DNA of 32,000 nt from Desulfocapsa sulfexigens DSM 10523 (GCF_000341395.1 NC_020304.1:1950001-1982000), one strand, 5' to 3'. Shown: positions 19,111 to 28,139, numbered from the stretch's first letter. Notes: generated by a model from the sequence alone, not told the origin. Translations and numbers: made by a program.

Positions 19111-19524
19111 ATGAGCTTTGATCCTGTTATAACCCTGTTCAGTTGTCATTATACTTCCCAGCAGAGCTGTGCTGCAGAAGGAAAGGAACTGGAGCAGCTG
19201 GGTTTTCCGTCCAGTATCAATCTGGTCAGGGTACCCTGTACCGGCAAACTGCAGATAACCACTCTGCTAAAGGCCTTTGAAGATGGTGCTGATGGTGTCT
19301 ATGTTGTCGGTTGTCCCGAGGATGGCTGCCATAATGTCAAGGGAAGTATTCGTGCGGCGAAGCGTGTAGCTGCGGTACGTGCAGCTCTTGAAGAGCTTGG
19401 GGTGGAGGGCGAACGAGTTCAGATGTATCACCTTCCAAGGGGTTTGCATCCGGAATTTGTTGCAAAGGGCAAAGAGATGGACGCTCGGATTCGTGATCTG
19501 GGACCCAGCCCGTTTTCTAACTAA
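19111..19524 (+). CDS. MvhD-like hydrogenase/heterodisulfide-reductase iron-sulfur subunit
   Basis: PVITLFSCHYTSQQSCAA, VRVPCTGKLQITTLLKAFEDGADGVYVVGCPEDGCHNVKGSIRA and the C-terminal region match the MvhD/FlpD-like family. Confidence 0.88.
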   Translation: MSFDPVITLFSCHYTSQQSCAAEGKELEQLGFPSSINLVRVPCTGKLQITTLLKAFEDGADGVYVVGCPEDGCHNVKGSIRAAKRVAAVRAALEELGVEGERVQMYHLPRGLHPEFVAKGKEMDARIRDLGPSPFSN

Positions 19525-19584
19525 TTTGTTACAGCAAGAGATTGGGACGCATACATTTCCAATCAGATATAGTGGAGTAAATAA

Positions 19585-20253
19585 ATGATTGTTGCAGAAC
19601 GTAAGCCAATGGCAGAGATCGTCGAGATGGTTCAGGACTGTAAAAAAATACTGGTTCTGGCCTGTCGTGGGTGTGTCACAGTGTGTTCGGCTGGCGGTGA
19701 GCGAGAGGCTGAAATTCTCTCTTCTCTTATCCGTCTTGGTATGAAAAAGGCTGGTAAATCCATTGAGATTACCACGGGAAGTCTGGTGCGGCAGTGTGAC
19801 CGTGAATACATTGATGAGATCGATCAGTGGGACGGGCAATATGACGCTGTTGTTTCCACGGCCTGTGGTGTTGGCGTGAACTTTATCTCCAATCTTCGCA
19901 AGGACACCATGGTCTACCCTGCTTTAAATACTACTTTTTTCGGTGGGTCAGCTGAACAGGGTGAGTGGACAGAGCAGTGTGCTGGCTGTGGCGATTGTGT
20001 GCTCCATCTCACTGGCGGATTGTGTCCGGTGGCCCGTTGTGCCAAGAGCCTGATGAATGGACCATGTGGCGGCTCCGTTGATGGAAAATGTGAAATTCAC
20101 AGAGATGTGGAGTGTATCTGGCAGTCCATTCATGATCGTCTTGCTTCTTTTGACAGATCGGCTCAGATGGAAGTTATTGCGCCGATTCGTGACTGGTCGA
20201 CAGCTGGACATGGTGGCCCCCGTAAAGTTGTCCGTGACGATCTGACCGTGTAG
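19585..20253 (+). CDS. MetV-like zinc/Fe-S protein (methylenetetrahydrofolate reductase C-terminal-type domain)
   Basis: ILVLACRGCVTVCSAGG...TTACGVG-type VVSTACGVGVNF and C-terminal Cys-rich CAGCGDCVLHLTGGLCPVARCAKSLMNGPCGGSVDGKCEIHRDVECIW match the MetV family. Confidence 0.85.
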   Translation: MIVAERKPMAEIVEMVQDCKKILVLACRGCVTVCSAGGEREAEILSSLIRLGMKKAGKSIEITTGSLVRQCDREYIDEIDQWDGQYDAVVSTACGVGVNFISNLRKDTMVYPALNTTFFGGSAEQGEWTEQCAGCGDCVLHLTGGLCPVARCAKSLMNGPCGGSVDGKCEIHRDVECIWQSIHDRLASFDRSAQMEVIAPIRDWSTAGHGGPRKVVRDDLTV

Positions 20254-20295
20254 TGCTGTTTTGCCGATACCTTGATGATTGTCAGGGGTGTTGTG

Positions 20296-20337
20296 AAATC
20301 GCTTTTGTACCTCTGGTACGGAAGCGATTTTTTTTGT
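20296..20337 (+). terminator. Strong intrinsic terminator after the MetV-like gene
   Basis: AAATCGCTTTTGTACC (20296-20311) - TCT - GGTACGGAAGCGATTT (20315-20330) forms a 16-bp stem with two G-U pairs, then a T-rich tract (TTTTTTTTGTTTT). Confidence 0.9.
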
Positions 20338-20357
20338 TTTAGGCTAAGGTGTGTTTC

Positions 20358-21578
20358 ATGAAGAATGAAAAGAAACAGTCCATCGATCTGGAAACGGCTC
20401 AAAGTTTGATCCTGAAGAAATGCAGGGTGTTGTCAGCTGAAAAAGTGAACCTCTCTAAAAGTCTGAAGCGTTTTCCTGCCGCACTGCTTGTGGCTCTTGA
20501 ATCACTGCCTGGTTACGATCAGTCATTGAGGGATGGTTATGCAATCAGCAGAGAACAACAGGGAGGGAAAAACTGTTATGAAATCATTGATGAAGTGGCA
20601 GCCGGTGATACCAGAAAGCTTCTTCTAGGTGAAAACCAGGCTATACGAATAATGACTGGAGGCCTGATTCCTGAAAATGCCCTTGCTGTTGTCCCCAGGG
20701 AATTGTGCAGCGTTAATGGGGAGACTGTCAGCGTTAAGACTGTTTTTCTAGAGCCGCAGAGGGATTTTATTCACAGGAAGGGGTGTGAACTGGCAGAAGG
20801 AGAGGTGATTGTCCCTGAAGGTTCAGCCATTGAAGTCGAGCAGCTGATTTTACTTGCAGGCGTTGGCTATGATTCCGTGCCACTTGTTCGAAAGCCACGG
20901 ATCAGTTTTTTCTGCACCGGTTCCGAATTGATTTCAGGAGGAGAGGAAAAGCTTGCAGGAGAAAAATATTCTGCGAACAGCCATCTCCTTCATGGCCTTA
21001 TTGAGCATGCCGGGGCAAAAGTACAGGTACAGGGTACGGTCAAAGATGACCCGGAAGCTGTCATGGAAGCTCTTATTGCAATGAACGAATCAGGCTCTGA
21101 CATTATTGTGAGTACAGGTGGGATGGGGCCTGGCAAATTTGATCTTGTTGAAGATGCTTTCTTGCGCGCCGGTGGCAGGGTGATCTATCATTCGCTTCAT
21201 TTACGACCCGGGAAATCGACGCTCTTTGGAATGCTCGGCCGCTCACTTTTTTTCGGTATGCCGGGGCCTCCTCCTGCGGTGCATCTCCTGTTTAATGAGC
21301 TGATTCGACCAGCTATTCTTGCTCTTCAGGGAGCAAAAAACTGTCGACCAAGGGAGGTTGAGGCTTACCTGACCGAAAATCTCTATTTTCCAAAAAGAGG
21401 GTTGCCACGTCTGAAAAGCGGTTTTTTGAGTTTCGCAGAGGGCAGGTGTCTGGTGCGGCCTTCAACCACAATTGGTGGATCTAACTGCTACATCTATTGT
21501 TCAGAATCTGCAAGGGAGTTGAAAAGTGGTGAGCGAGTCACTGTTCATATGATTGATTCTTTACCCTGTATTGATTGA
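20358..21578 (+). CDS. Divergent MoeA-family molybdopterin molybdotransferase-like protein
   Basis: Overall MoeA layout (DGYAIS; AVPRE; RPSTTIGGSN; PGKS; C-terminal beta domain), but key motifs are altered (STGGMGPGKFD, FFGMPGPPPAV). Start at ATG 20358 assumed (track 20349). Confidence 0.8.
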   Translation: MKNEKKQSIDLETAQSLILKKCRVLSAEKVNLSKSLKRFPAALLVALESLPGYDQSLRDGYAISREQQGGKNCYEIIDEVAAGDTRKLLLGENQAIRIMTGGLIPENALAVVPRELCSVNGETVSVKTVFLEPQRDFIHRKGCELAEGEVIVPEGSAIEVEQLILLAGVGYDSVPLVRKPRISFFCTGSELISGGEEKLAGEKYSANSHLLHGLIEHAGAKVQVQGTVKDDPEAVMEALIAMNESGSDIIVSTGGMGPGKFDLVEDAFLRAGGRVIYHSLHLRPGKSTLFGMLGRSLFFGMPGPPPAVHLLFNELIRPAILALQGAKNCRPREVEAYLTENLYFPKRGLPRLKSGFLSFAEGRCLVRPSTTIGGSNCYIYCSESARELKSGERVTVHMIDSLPCID

Positions 21579-22399
21579 CATGCTGGGCAGAAAAAACTTG
21601 CCCGACCCCCAATTGTTTCTTTTTGAATTGTTACACCACATCTCGAACATGCCTCGCCCGCTTTTCCGTATACCAGGAAGTTCATCTGAAAGTAGCCACC
21701 TTTCCCAGAGGCATTTACAAAGTCACTGATAGTGGAGCCTCCACATTGAATCGCATGGTTAAGCGTTTTTCGAATTATGGCGCGAAGTCGTTTCCAATCC
21801 TTCAAGGAGAGAGAAGAAGCCAGGCATTCCGGATGAATAGAGGCCCTAAAGAGCGATTCATTGGCGTAGATGTTCCCGATCCCGGCAATCACATGGCTGT
21901 CCATTATGAATTTTTTAATGCCGATTCTCCGACGAGCAGCGAGCTCGGCAAGATAGCTGATGGAACAGGAGCGAGAGAACGGTTCGGGGCCCGTTGCAGA
22001 AAAAAATTGTTTTTCTGCCGCTTTGGCTCTTCTTCCTGGAAGCAGATGTACAGCACCAAATCTTCTTGCATCGTTAAAGCGAAGCTCCTTGCCGTTGTCC
22101 AGTTGCCAGCAGACGTGATCGTGTTTTTTTGTGGCTGAACCCGTATCAAAAATACCCATGTTTCCTGTCATCCCCAGATGAATGATAATGGTGCCTCCTT
22201 CATTCGTCCAAAGGATCAGGTATTTCGCTCTTCGCTGTAGGCCTGTAATCTGTTTTCCACAAAGTTCCGATTGCATTTCCCGGCACAGGACAGGATAGCG
22301 AAGCTGTTTTCCGGAGCAGCGAATATCCACAATTGTTCTGCCAAGAAGATGGGGCAGGAGGCCCTGGCAGATGACTTCAACTTCGGGTAGTTCAGGCAT
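21545..22399 (-). CDS. mutM: Formamidopyrimidine-DNA glycosylase
   Basis: MPELPEVEVICQGLLPHLLGR, IIHLGMTGNM, IAGIGNIYANESLF and zinc finger CSRCGVTIQKETIGGRASFFCPACQ. Confidence 0.95.
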   Translation of the reverse strand: MPELPEVEVICQGLLPHLLGRTIVDIRCSGKQLRYPVLCREMQSELCGKQITGLQRRAKYLILWTNEGGTIIIHLGMTGNMGIFDTGSATKKHDHVCWQLDNGKELRFNDARRFGAVHLLPGRRAKAAEKQFFSATGPEPFSRSCSISYLAELAARRRIGIKKFIMDSHVIAGIGNIYANESLFRASIHPECLASSLSLKDWKRLRAIIRKTLNHAIQCGGSTISDFVNASGKGGYFQMNFLVYGKAGEACSRCGVTIQKETIGGRASFFCPACQSIQGKESII

Positions 22400-22418
22400 G
22401 ATAATCTTTTTGTTTTAT

Positions 22419-23204
22419 TTAAGGCGATAAGGGGTGACAGCAGAGTGCAAGGCTGTATCCATTGTCAAGGAGCCCGGCGGCAACGGGGAGGGTCTGCTGT
22501 GGAATATCGGTTCGGGAAAAGTAGAATATGGCATCATTTGCTGTCTTTTGTAGTATTTGTGTGACAATAATTTCGTGAAACCCCAGCATTCTTGAGGAGC
22601 TAAACGTTTTTTTTACAGCTTCCTTGCCGGCCCATGTCAGTACCAGGCGGGAGAGTAGTGATTGACTGGGCAGAGAATTGTGCAGTAGCCGTTCTTCTTC
22701 GTTGGTGATAAATCTTTCCCTGACTTTCTGGAGGCTTTCGGAAGGATATTGAATATCTATGCCGCAGTGAGACTGACTGACCAGTGAAGCGGCACATCCT
22801 TTAGAATGACTGATGGAAAGTTCGGGGAAGGGGGATTCAACCCCTTTAAGGCGACTGAAATAGGGGCGTCCTGATTCCTCTGCTGATATCCTGCATTGCT
22901 GGTATTCAGGGATACGAGAGGGATTTCCTCGTTGTTGCAGGAAGATGCGAAGTCCCTGCTTTGCGCAGATCCTTCCTCCTAACCATTCACGGTGCCGTTT
23001 TTCGTACTTGAAGTTGTCGAGCTGAAGGTGTTCCTCTGGATGGAGCCAGCATGCTGCAGTTTGTTTTGTTTTGTCAGGGATATCTGTTAGTGATAGGATG
23101 ACGACAGTTGGTTTGTTTTTTTGATAAAGCGTGCCAGCAAGGTTTAATAGCCCGTCTGGTAAGGGTGTGAAAGATATAGAGCATTTTTCTTGGGAATGGG
23201 GCAT
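22419..23204 (-). CDS. 4'-phosphopantetheinyl transferase superfamily protein
   Basis: ELSISHSKGCAASLVS, CGIDIQYPSESLQKVRERF and LTWAGKEAVKKTF are Sfp-type motifs. Confidence 0.82.
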   Translation of the reverse strand: MPHSQEKCSISFTPLPDGLLNLAGTLYQKNKPTVVILSLTDIPDKTKQTAACWLHPEEHLQLDNFKYEKRHREWLGGRICAKQGLRIFLQQRGNPSRIPEYQQCRISAEESGRPYFSRLKGVESPFPELSISHSKGCAASLVSQSHCGIDIQYPSESLQKVRERFITNEEERLLHNSLPSQSLLSRLVLTWAGKEAVKKTFSSSRMLGFHEIIVTQILQKTANDAIFYFSRTDIPQQTLPVAAGLLDNGYSLALCCHPLSP

Positions 23205-23292
23205 AATTATTAACCTTGCATTTTCAACTATTTCTGCTAACTGAATCTACAGGGGTAGTACTACTATTAGCAGATACAAAACGGGGGAACCA

Positions 23293-23910
23293 ATGGCTAA
23301 TGCCTTTCATCTAACAGGATTCGATTTTGTTATTATAGCATTGCTGCTGCTCTTCACATTACGTGGTCTCTGGGTTGGTTTCCTCAGTCAGGTAACCACT
23401 CTGGTTGCTCTGCTTGTGGGCTACGTAATTGCAGGACAGTATCATGACAAACTTTTTCCTTTTTTGCGAGGGGTAACGGAGAATCCCCATGCTGTTTTCT
23501 GGACCTCCTATGTGATTCTTTTTGGATTTACCTACGTTGTTACTATGCTTTTGGGGAAAGGATTGGCAAAAGTTGTGGAGCTTACCGTTGCCGGGTGGTT
23601 TGACAAATTACTGGGTGGTGTTCTTGGTATGGCAAAAGCCTTTATTCTGGTGGTTCTTCTGAATATGGTCCTTTCAGGTCTTCTTGCTCCAGAAAATGAT
23701 ATGTTGAGAAAGTGTCAGTTATGCCCTTATCTGACTCAAGCGACTGATTTTTTTCGCAGTCTTATTAAGGATGATACAATTCGCAAGACATTCTTACAGA
23801 GCAAACCAGCCATATCAGAAAAAAAACCGTCTCAGGAAAAACCACTTCAGGAAAAACCTCCTGCAGATGGTGTTCGTCCATTTGTACCTACAGTATTCCC
23901 GGAAAAATAA
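23293..23910 (+). CDS. CvpA-family membrane protein with a lysine/proline-rich C-terminal tail
   Basis: FDFVIIALLLLFTLRGLWVGFLSQVTTLVALLVGYVIAGQYHDKLFPFL and AFILVVLLNMVLSGLL; tail SEKKPSQEKPLQEKPPADG. Confidence 0.85.
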   Translation: MANAFHLTGFDFVIIALLLLFTLRGLWVGFLSQVTTLVALLVGYVIAGQYHDKLFPFLRGVTENPHAVFWTSYVILFGFTYVVTMLLGKGLAKVVELTVAGWFDKLLGGVLGMAKAFILVVLLNMVLSGLLAPENDMLRKCQLCPYLTQATDFFRSLIKDDTIRKTFLQSKPAISEKKPSQEKPLQEKPPADGVRPFVPTVFPEK

Positions 23911-23917
23911 AAACGAC

Positions 23918-24616
23918 TTATCTTTTACGATAGAATTCCGCCAGCTTCCGTGGAGAAACTCCAAGGTAGTATCCCATAACTATGAGCTGATTGATAAAGG
24001 TGGTACGGATAGGTCCAAGTCGCTGCCAGCGCCGGGATGAGGTTGTGACTGTTTGTGGTAATGTTTCTATTCTACCTCTTTTTTTTGCTGCCTTAACGAG
24101 CATGAAATCTTCCATGATCGGTACTTCCTGAAAACCTCCTATCTTTATAAAATCTTCTTTTCGCATAAAGAATGATTGATCCCCGTAGGGGATATGAAGC
24201 AGTCGTGAGCGGAGGTTTGCAAGAGCTATAATATAATTCAGGAGGAGGCCTCCTTCGTCGACCTTTAAACTGAATGCCCCAAGGCTTACTTTGGGATTGT
24301 CGAGACATCTCTGTACCAGGGTTGAAAAGTCGGATGGTAACTGGGTGTCTGCGTGAAGGAAGAGAAGAATTTTCGAGGATGCACTTTTTGCTCCGGAGTT
24401 AAGCTGCATGCCGCGTCCTCCCGAACCGGTTTCTTTTTTTACTCTGAACCCTAGACCCCGGGCAATGTTGACGGTATCATCCGTGCTGCCACCATCAACC
24501 ACTATTAATTCAGCAACTTCCGCTGCTGCAGCCTGCAGTAGCGGAAGGTTTCCTGCTTCATTGAGGGTGGGGACGATGATAGAAATAGTGGAGGTCTTCT
24601 TCTGTGTCGATATCAT
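23918..24616 (-). CDS. Family 2 glycosyltransferase, TIGR04283-type (rSAM/selenodomain-associated transferase 2)
   Basis: TISIIVPTLNEAGNLPLLQAAAAEVAELIVVDGGSTDDT, GRGMQLNSGAKSASSKILLFLHADTQLP and PYGDQSFFMRK. Confidence 0.85.
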   Translation of the reverse strand: MISTQKKTSTISIIVPTLNEAGNLPLLQAAAAEVAELIVVDGGSTDDTVNIARGLGFRVKKETGSGGRGMQLNSGAKSASSKILLFLHADTQLPSDFSTLVQRCLDNPKVSLGAFSLKVDEGGLLLNYIIALANLRSRLLHIPYGDQSFFMRKEDFIKIGGFQEVPIMEDFMLVKAAKKRGRIETLPQTVTTSSRRWQRLGPIRTTFINQLIVMGYYLGVSPRKLAEFYRKR

Positions 24617-25199
24617 GGAGTTTTTTGAGAATATGGGTTCGTAGTCCGAGTTTTTCTGTCAGGGCGATGGTTTCTGAATAGACAATGCTGCTTCCCCATG
24701 GGATATTTGTAAAGAGTTGGCTGCAGAGAGTTGGATTGAGGGTGCCTGTTATTCCAATGAGGTAGTAGCCACCGTCATGGGCTGGGCCGATGACGAGATC
24801 GTTGTTCTGCAGGGCCTGAAATCCTTCTTTTAAGATTGCTGCATCAATACCAGGGCAATCGGATCCGATCAGGAGAGTGTCCTGTTTCCTGTTTAGTCCA
24901 AAGATAAGAGCCATAGCCATCCGTTCTCCCAGGTCTTTTCCCTGTTGCTGTTCGCAGATGTAGTCATGGCCAAGCCATTCTTGCATCGACTGTTCTGAGC
25001 CGCCGGTAAAAAAGATTGTGAGATCGGTGTTTGAGGTGGAGGCAATAAAAGTATCCAATCGTTTCAGGATGTGTGAGACCAACTCCTTGTAAACCATCAT
25101 GGCCCTGTCTTTTCCAAGAGCAGGAATCAAACGGGTTTTGCATTTCCCGGCTTGAGGGTAGCGGGTAAAAAGAATGACAAGTTTTTGGAAAGATGGCAT
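24558..25199 (-). CDS. TIGR04282-type glycosyltransferase/nucleotidyltransferase-like protein (rSAM/selenodomain-associated transferase 1, DUF2064)
   Basis: LVILFTRYPQAGKCKTRLIPALG, QQQGKDLGERM, LLIGSDCPGI, LVIGPAHDGGYYLIG and DIDTEEDL. Start at ATG 25199 assumed (track 25232). Confidence 0.87.
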   Translation of the reverse strand: MPSFQKLVILFTRYPQAGKCKTRLIPALGKDRAMMVYKELVSHILKRLDTFIASTSNTDLTIFFTGGSEQSMQEWLGHDYICEQQQGKDLGERMAMALIFGLNRKQDTLLIGSDCPGIDAAILKEGFQALQNNDLVIGPAHDGGYYLIGITGTLNPTLCSQLFTNIPWGSSIVYSETIALTEKLGLRTHILKKLHDIDTEEDLHYFYHRPHPQ

Positions 25200-25214
25200 A
25201 AAGAATATGATCCT

Positions 25215-26009
25215 ATGAAACCTAATAACCAAAATAAAAGAAAAAAGACACCGGAGTCATATACCGAGAGAGTCTATCGTAAACTGGTAACCCGGACAGG
25301 TCTGGTTTCCACAAATGTTCGGATAGAGGAAACCGATCTGCACATTCTGGCAGAAAGAGACATTGCCGAATTGGCAACTGACCTTATTCTGCAGTATCGG
25401 GCCCAGCTGGAAAATTACATTGTAAAGAATCCCCAGTTTTGTGCAAGCCTGGATCCGTTGTCCCTGGATAAAATTGCCCCGCCGCTGATTCGTGATATGC
25501 TTATGGCTGGCTTACAGGCAGGAGTGGGGCCAATGGCTGCCGTAGCAGGGACTATTGCAGAGTACGTTGGAAAGGGATTGGTGGCTTCAGGTTTTTGTGA
25601 AGTGATGGTCGAGAATGGAGGCGATATCTTTTTGCAGCGCAGTCGTGACTGCTCAATTGCAATCTTTGCTGGTGAATCGCCATTAAGTTATAAGGTGGGG
25701 GTGAAGATCGCTCCTTCACAGATGCCCATCGGTATCTGTACATCATCGGGAACAGTGGGCCATTCTTTGAGCATGGGAAAAGCTGATTCTGTCACCGTAC
25801 TCAGTACTTCGACTCCGCTGGCCGATGCTGCGGCAACTCGTCTTGGTAATGAAGTCGGGAGGGCAGCTGGCGGTAATGGCATACAGAAAGCCCTTGCCAT
25901 AGCCAGGGAAATTGAAGGAATAATGGGTGTTGTCGTGATTTGTGGAGAGCGGATGGGGGTGATGGGGGATGTTGAGTTGATACAAGTTGATCTGAAAGGG
26001 GGGGACTGA
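25215..26009 (+). CDS. UPF0280 family protein (ApbE-like fold)
   Basis: RVYRKLV...FRVRIEETDLHI-type N-terminus (VSTNVRIEETDLHILAERD), GPMAAVAGTIAEYVGKGL, VMVENGGDIFL, GICTSSGTVGHSLSMGKADSVTVLS and DAAATRLGNEVG. Start at ATG 25215 assumed (track 25152). Confidence 0.88.
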   Translation: MKPNNQNKRKKTPESYTERVYRKLVTRTGLVSTNVRIEETDLHILAERDIAELATDLILQYRAQLENYIVKNPQFCASLDPLSLDKIAPPLIRDMLMAGLQAGVGPMAAVAGTIAEYVGKGLVASGFCEVMVENGGDIFLQRSRDCSIAIFAGESPLSYKVGVKIAPSQMPIGICTSSGTVGHSLSMGKADSVTVLSTSTPLADAAATRLGNEVGRAAGGNGIQKALAIAREIEGIMGVVVICGERMGVMGDVELIQVDLKGGD

Positions 26010-26011
26010 AA

Positions 26012-26380
26012 ATGGCTGAAGCGAAGCAAGGTTATGAGCAAAGGCGGACGACACGCAGGCATCTGGTCTTTTATTCGAGAGTGTTTGACGGGATGTCCAG
26101 TCGGGTGTTGGGCCATCTGATGGATATCTCTTCTGAAGGCCTTATGCTGCTGAGCGATGGCCCTGTTGAAGTGAATGAAGAGTATCGTTTGCGTATGCGT
26201 CTGCCAAAAGAAGTGTCAGGCAGTGATGAGATAGTGTTTGGAGCTGTGAGTCGCTGGTGTCGCCAGGATGAAAATCCAGACTTTTATGTGATCGGGTTTC
26301 AGATTCAGGATATGGACGATGAAACGAGAAGATCTGTTGCTGACCTTATTGAGGAGTTTGGGGTTCAGGATCAGCCCTGA
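26012..26380 (+). CDS. PilZ-domain-like protein (putative c-di-GMP effector)
   Basis: EQRRTTRRHLVFYSRVFDG...LMDISSEGLMLLSDGPVEVNEEYRLRMRLPKEV resembles the PilZ (RxxxR...D/NxSxxG) pattern. Confidence 0.72.
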   Translation: MAEAKQGYEQRRTTRRHLVFYSRVFDGMSSRVLGHLMDISSEGLMLLSDGPVEVNEEYRLRMRLPKEVSGSDEIVFGAVSRWCRQDENPDFYVIGFQIQDMDDETRRSVADLIEEFGVQDQP

Positions 26381-27252
26381 AGGGCCTCTCGGATGAGTTC
26401 CTCTTTGAAGAGGGCTACGAATTGCTCTATGTCTTCCTGCCAGCCGCGGAAAACAGAAAGTCCCTCATTCTCCAGTCGCTGATTATTGAGAATGGAATTG
26501 GCGGGGCGATGGGCAGGCGTTGGGTATTCTGCTGTGGTACAGGGTGTGATCCGGTATGGCAATCTCATGGTATCAAGAAAATAACATGCTCCTTCGTACC
26601 AGGTGGAAGAACCCGTGGCCGTTGCATGAACAATACCCTGCATTTCGGGTGATAATACTGCCTGAATCTGACGGGCAAGGGTGGCGGTCCAGGTCAGTGA
26701 CCCATACTGGTCGTTGACCACTTTTAACTCACGTGTCGGGTCTGCCAGGGCAAGACGCAATATGGTCTTTAAAAAGTTTTTTCCTTTCCAACCATAAAGC
26801 CAGGCCGTACGAAGAATAAGATAGTTGGATGAATATGCCTCGATGGCCTGTTCTCCGGCAAGCTTACTTCTCCCATATTCCGACAGCGGTGCAACATCTT
26901 CATCTTCAGAGTAGCTTTCGGTAGCTGTTTTTTTGCCATCAAAGACATAATCGGTGGATATGTGAATAAGTCTGGCACCAGTCTCCTCTGCCTGTCTGGC
27001 TAGGTTTTCCGGGCCGGTTGCATTAACCTGCCATGCAAGTTGTGTTTCTGTTTCACATTTATCAACGGCGGTATAGGCGGCGCAGTTAATAACGATATCG
27101 GGTTGATAGTTGGAGAAGATGGAGGCTACCTGACTTGTGTTGCTTATGTCAAGTTGGCGTGAACCGCAGGACATGACCTCGTGATCAGCGTCAAGCAGTG
27201 AGCCCACATCCTGCCCCAGCTGGCCATGACCACCGCAAATCAGTATCTTCAT
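26371..27252 (-). CDS. rfbD: dTDP-4-dehydrorhamnose reductase
   Basis: [64 protein letters not shown] and ILRTAWLYG. Confidence 0.95.
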   Translation of the reverse strand: MKILICGGHGQLGQDVGSLLDADHEVMSCGSRQLDISNTSQVASIFSNYQPDIVINCAAYTAVDKCETETQLAWQVNATGPENLARQAEETGARLIHISTDYVFDGKKTATESYSEDEDVAPLSEYGRSKLAGEQAIEAYSSNYLILRTAWLYGWKGKNFLKTILRLALADPTRELKVVNDQYGSLTWTATLARQIQAVLSPEMQGIVHATATGSSTWYEGACYFLDTMRLPYRITPCTTAEYPTPAHRPANSILNNQRLENEGLSVFRGWQEDIEQFVALFKEELIREALQG

Positions 27253-28139
27253 GAGAATTCAGACCCGGATTCCTGCTCATTGGCAATATCCATAAGGTAC
27301 TGACCGTACTGATTCTTCAGCATATCTTTCGCCAGTTTTCTCATTTGACTGGTGTCGATATAGCCGAGGCTGTATGCTATCTCTTCAATGCAGGCGACTT
27401 TCAAGCCCTGCCTGTCCTGCACTGCCTGTACATAGCTCGATGCCTGCTGCAGTGATTCGTGGGTTCCTGTGTCCAGCCAGCAAAAACCACGACTGAGTGG
27501 TTGTACCCGGAGTTTACCGCGACGGAGGTACTCCATGTTAATATCCGTTATTTCCAACTCGCCACGTGGGGATGGTTTGATACTTTCGGCTATTGCAACA
27601 ACGTCATTATCGAAAAAATAGAGTCCAGGAACGGCGAATTTGGATTTTGGTCTATTTGGTTTTTCTTCAATGCCGACCACGTTATGGTTACTGTCAAACT
27701 CGACAACTCCATAGCGTTCAGGGTCTTTTACCGGGTAGCCGAAGATGAGACCGCCATCCGAAAGTTCAGAACATTCATGAAGGAGATGGGAGAAGCCGGA
27801 TCCGAAAAAGATATTGTCGCCCAGAATCAAGGCCACATTATCATCGCCTATAAAGGATTTTCCGATGATAAAAGCCTGAGCCAGCCCTTCAGGCTCGGGT
27901 TGTTCCGCGTAACTGATGGAGATCCCGAGGTGTGTACCGTCACCGAAAAGTTCGCTGAATTGTGGCAGGTCACGTGGGGTTGAAATGATAAGGATGTCTT
28001 TGATGCCTGCCAGCATAAGAACGGACAGGGGGTAATAGATCATCGGTTTGTCATAGACCGGAATGAGCTGTTTTGAAAGCACTCTGGTTAAGGGATAAAG
28101 TCTGGTTCCGGATCCGCCGGCTAGGATAATACCTTTCAT
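27249..28139 (-). CDS. rfbA: Glucose-1-phosphate thymidylyltransferase
   Basis: [46 protein letters not shown] and [20 protein letters not shown]. Start taken at ATG 28139 rather than the track's 28193. Confidence 0.97.
   Translation of the reverse strand: MKGIILAGGSGTRLYPLTRVLSKQLIPVYDKPMIYYPLSVLMLAGIKDILIISTPRDLPQFSELFGDGTHLGISISYAEQPEPEGLAQAFIIGKSFIGDDNVALILGDNIFFGSGFSHLLHECSELSDGGLIFGYPVKDPERYGVVEFDSNHNVVGIEEKPNRPKSKFAVPGLYFFDNDVVAIAESIKPSPRGELEITDINMEYLRRGKLRVQPLSRGFCWLDTGTHESLQQASSYVQAVQDRQGLKVACIEEIAYSLGYIDTSQMRKLAKDMLKNQYGQYLMDIANEQESGSEFS

Noticed and set aside
19267-19839. 190-aa minus-strand ORF opposite the MvhD/MetV-like genes
   Set aside because: Spans two real CDSs antisense, with no recognisable motifs, and is explained by composition.
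23800-23880. Short direct repeats CAGGAAAAAC in the cvpA C-terminus
   Set aside because: They explain the Gln-Glu-Lys-Pro tail repeats of the protein; only two or three short imperfect copies, not a CRISPR or mobile-element feature.
25688-26116. 142-aa and 103-aa minus-strand ORFs opposite UPF0280
   Set aside because: Shadow ORFs with Pro/Ser/Thr-rich composition; the plus-strand protein is clearly conserved.
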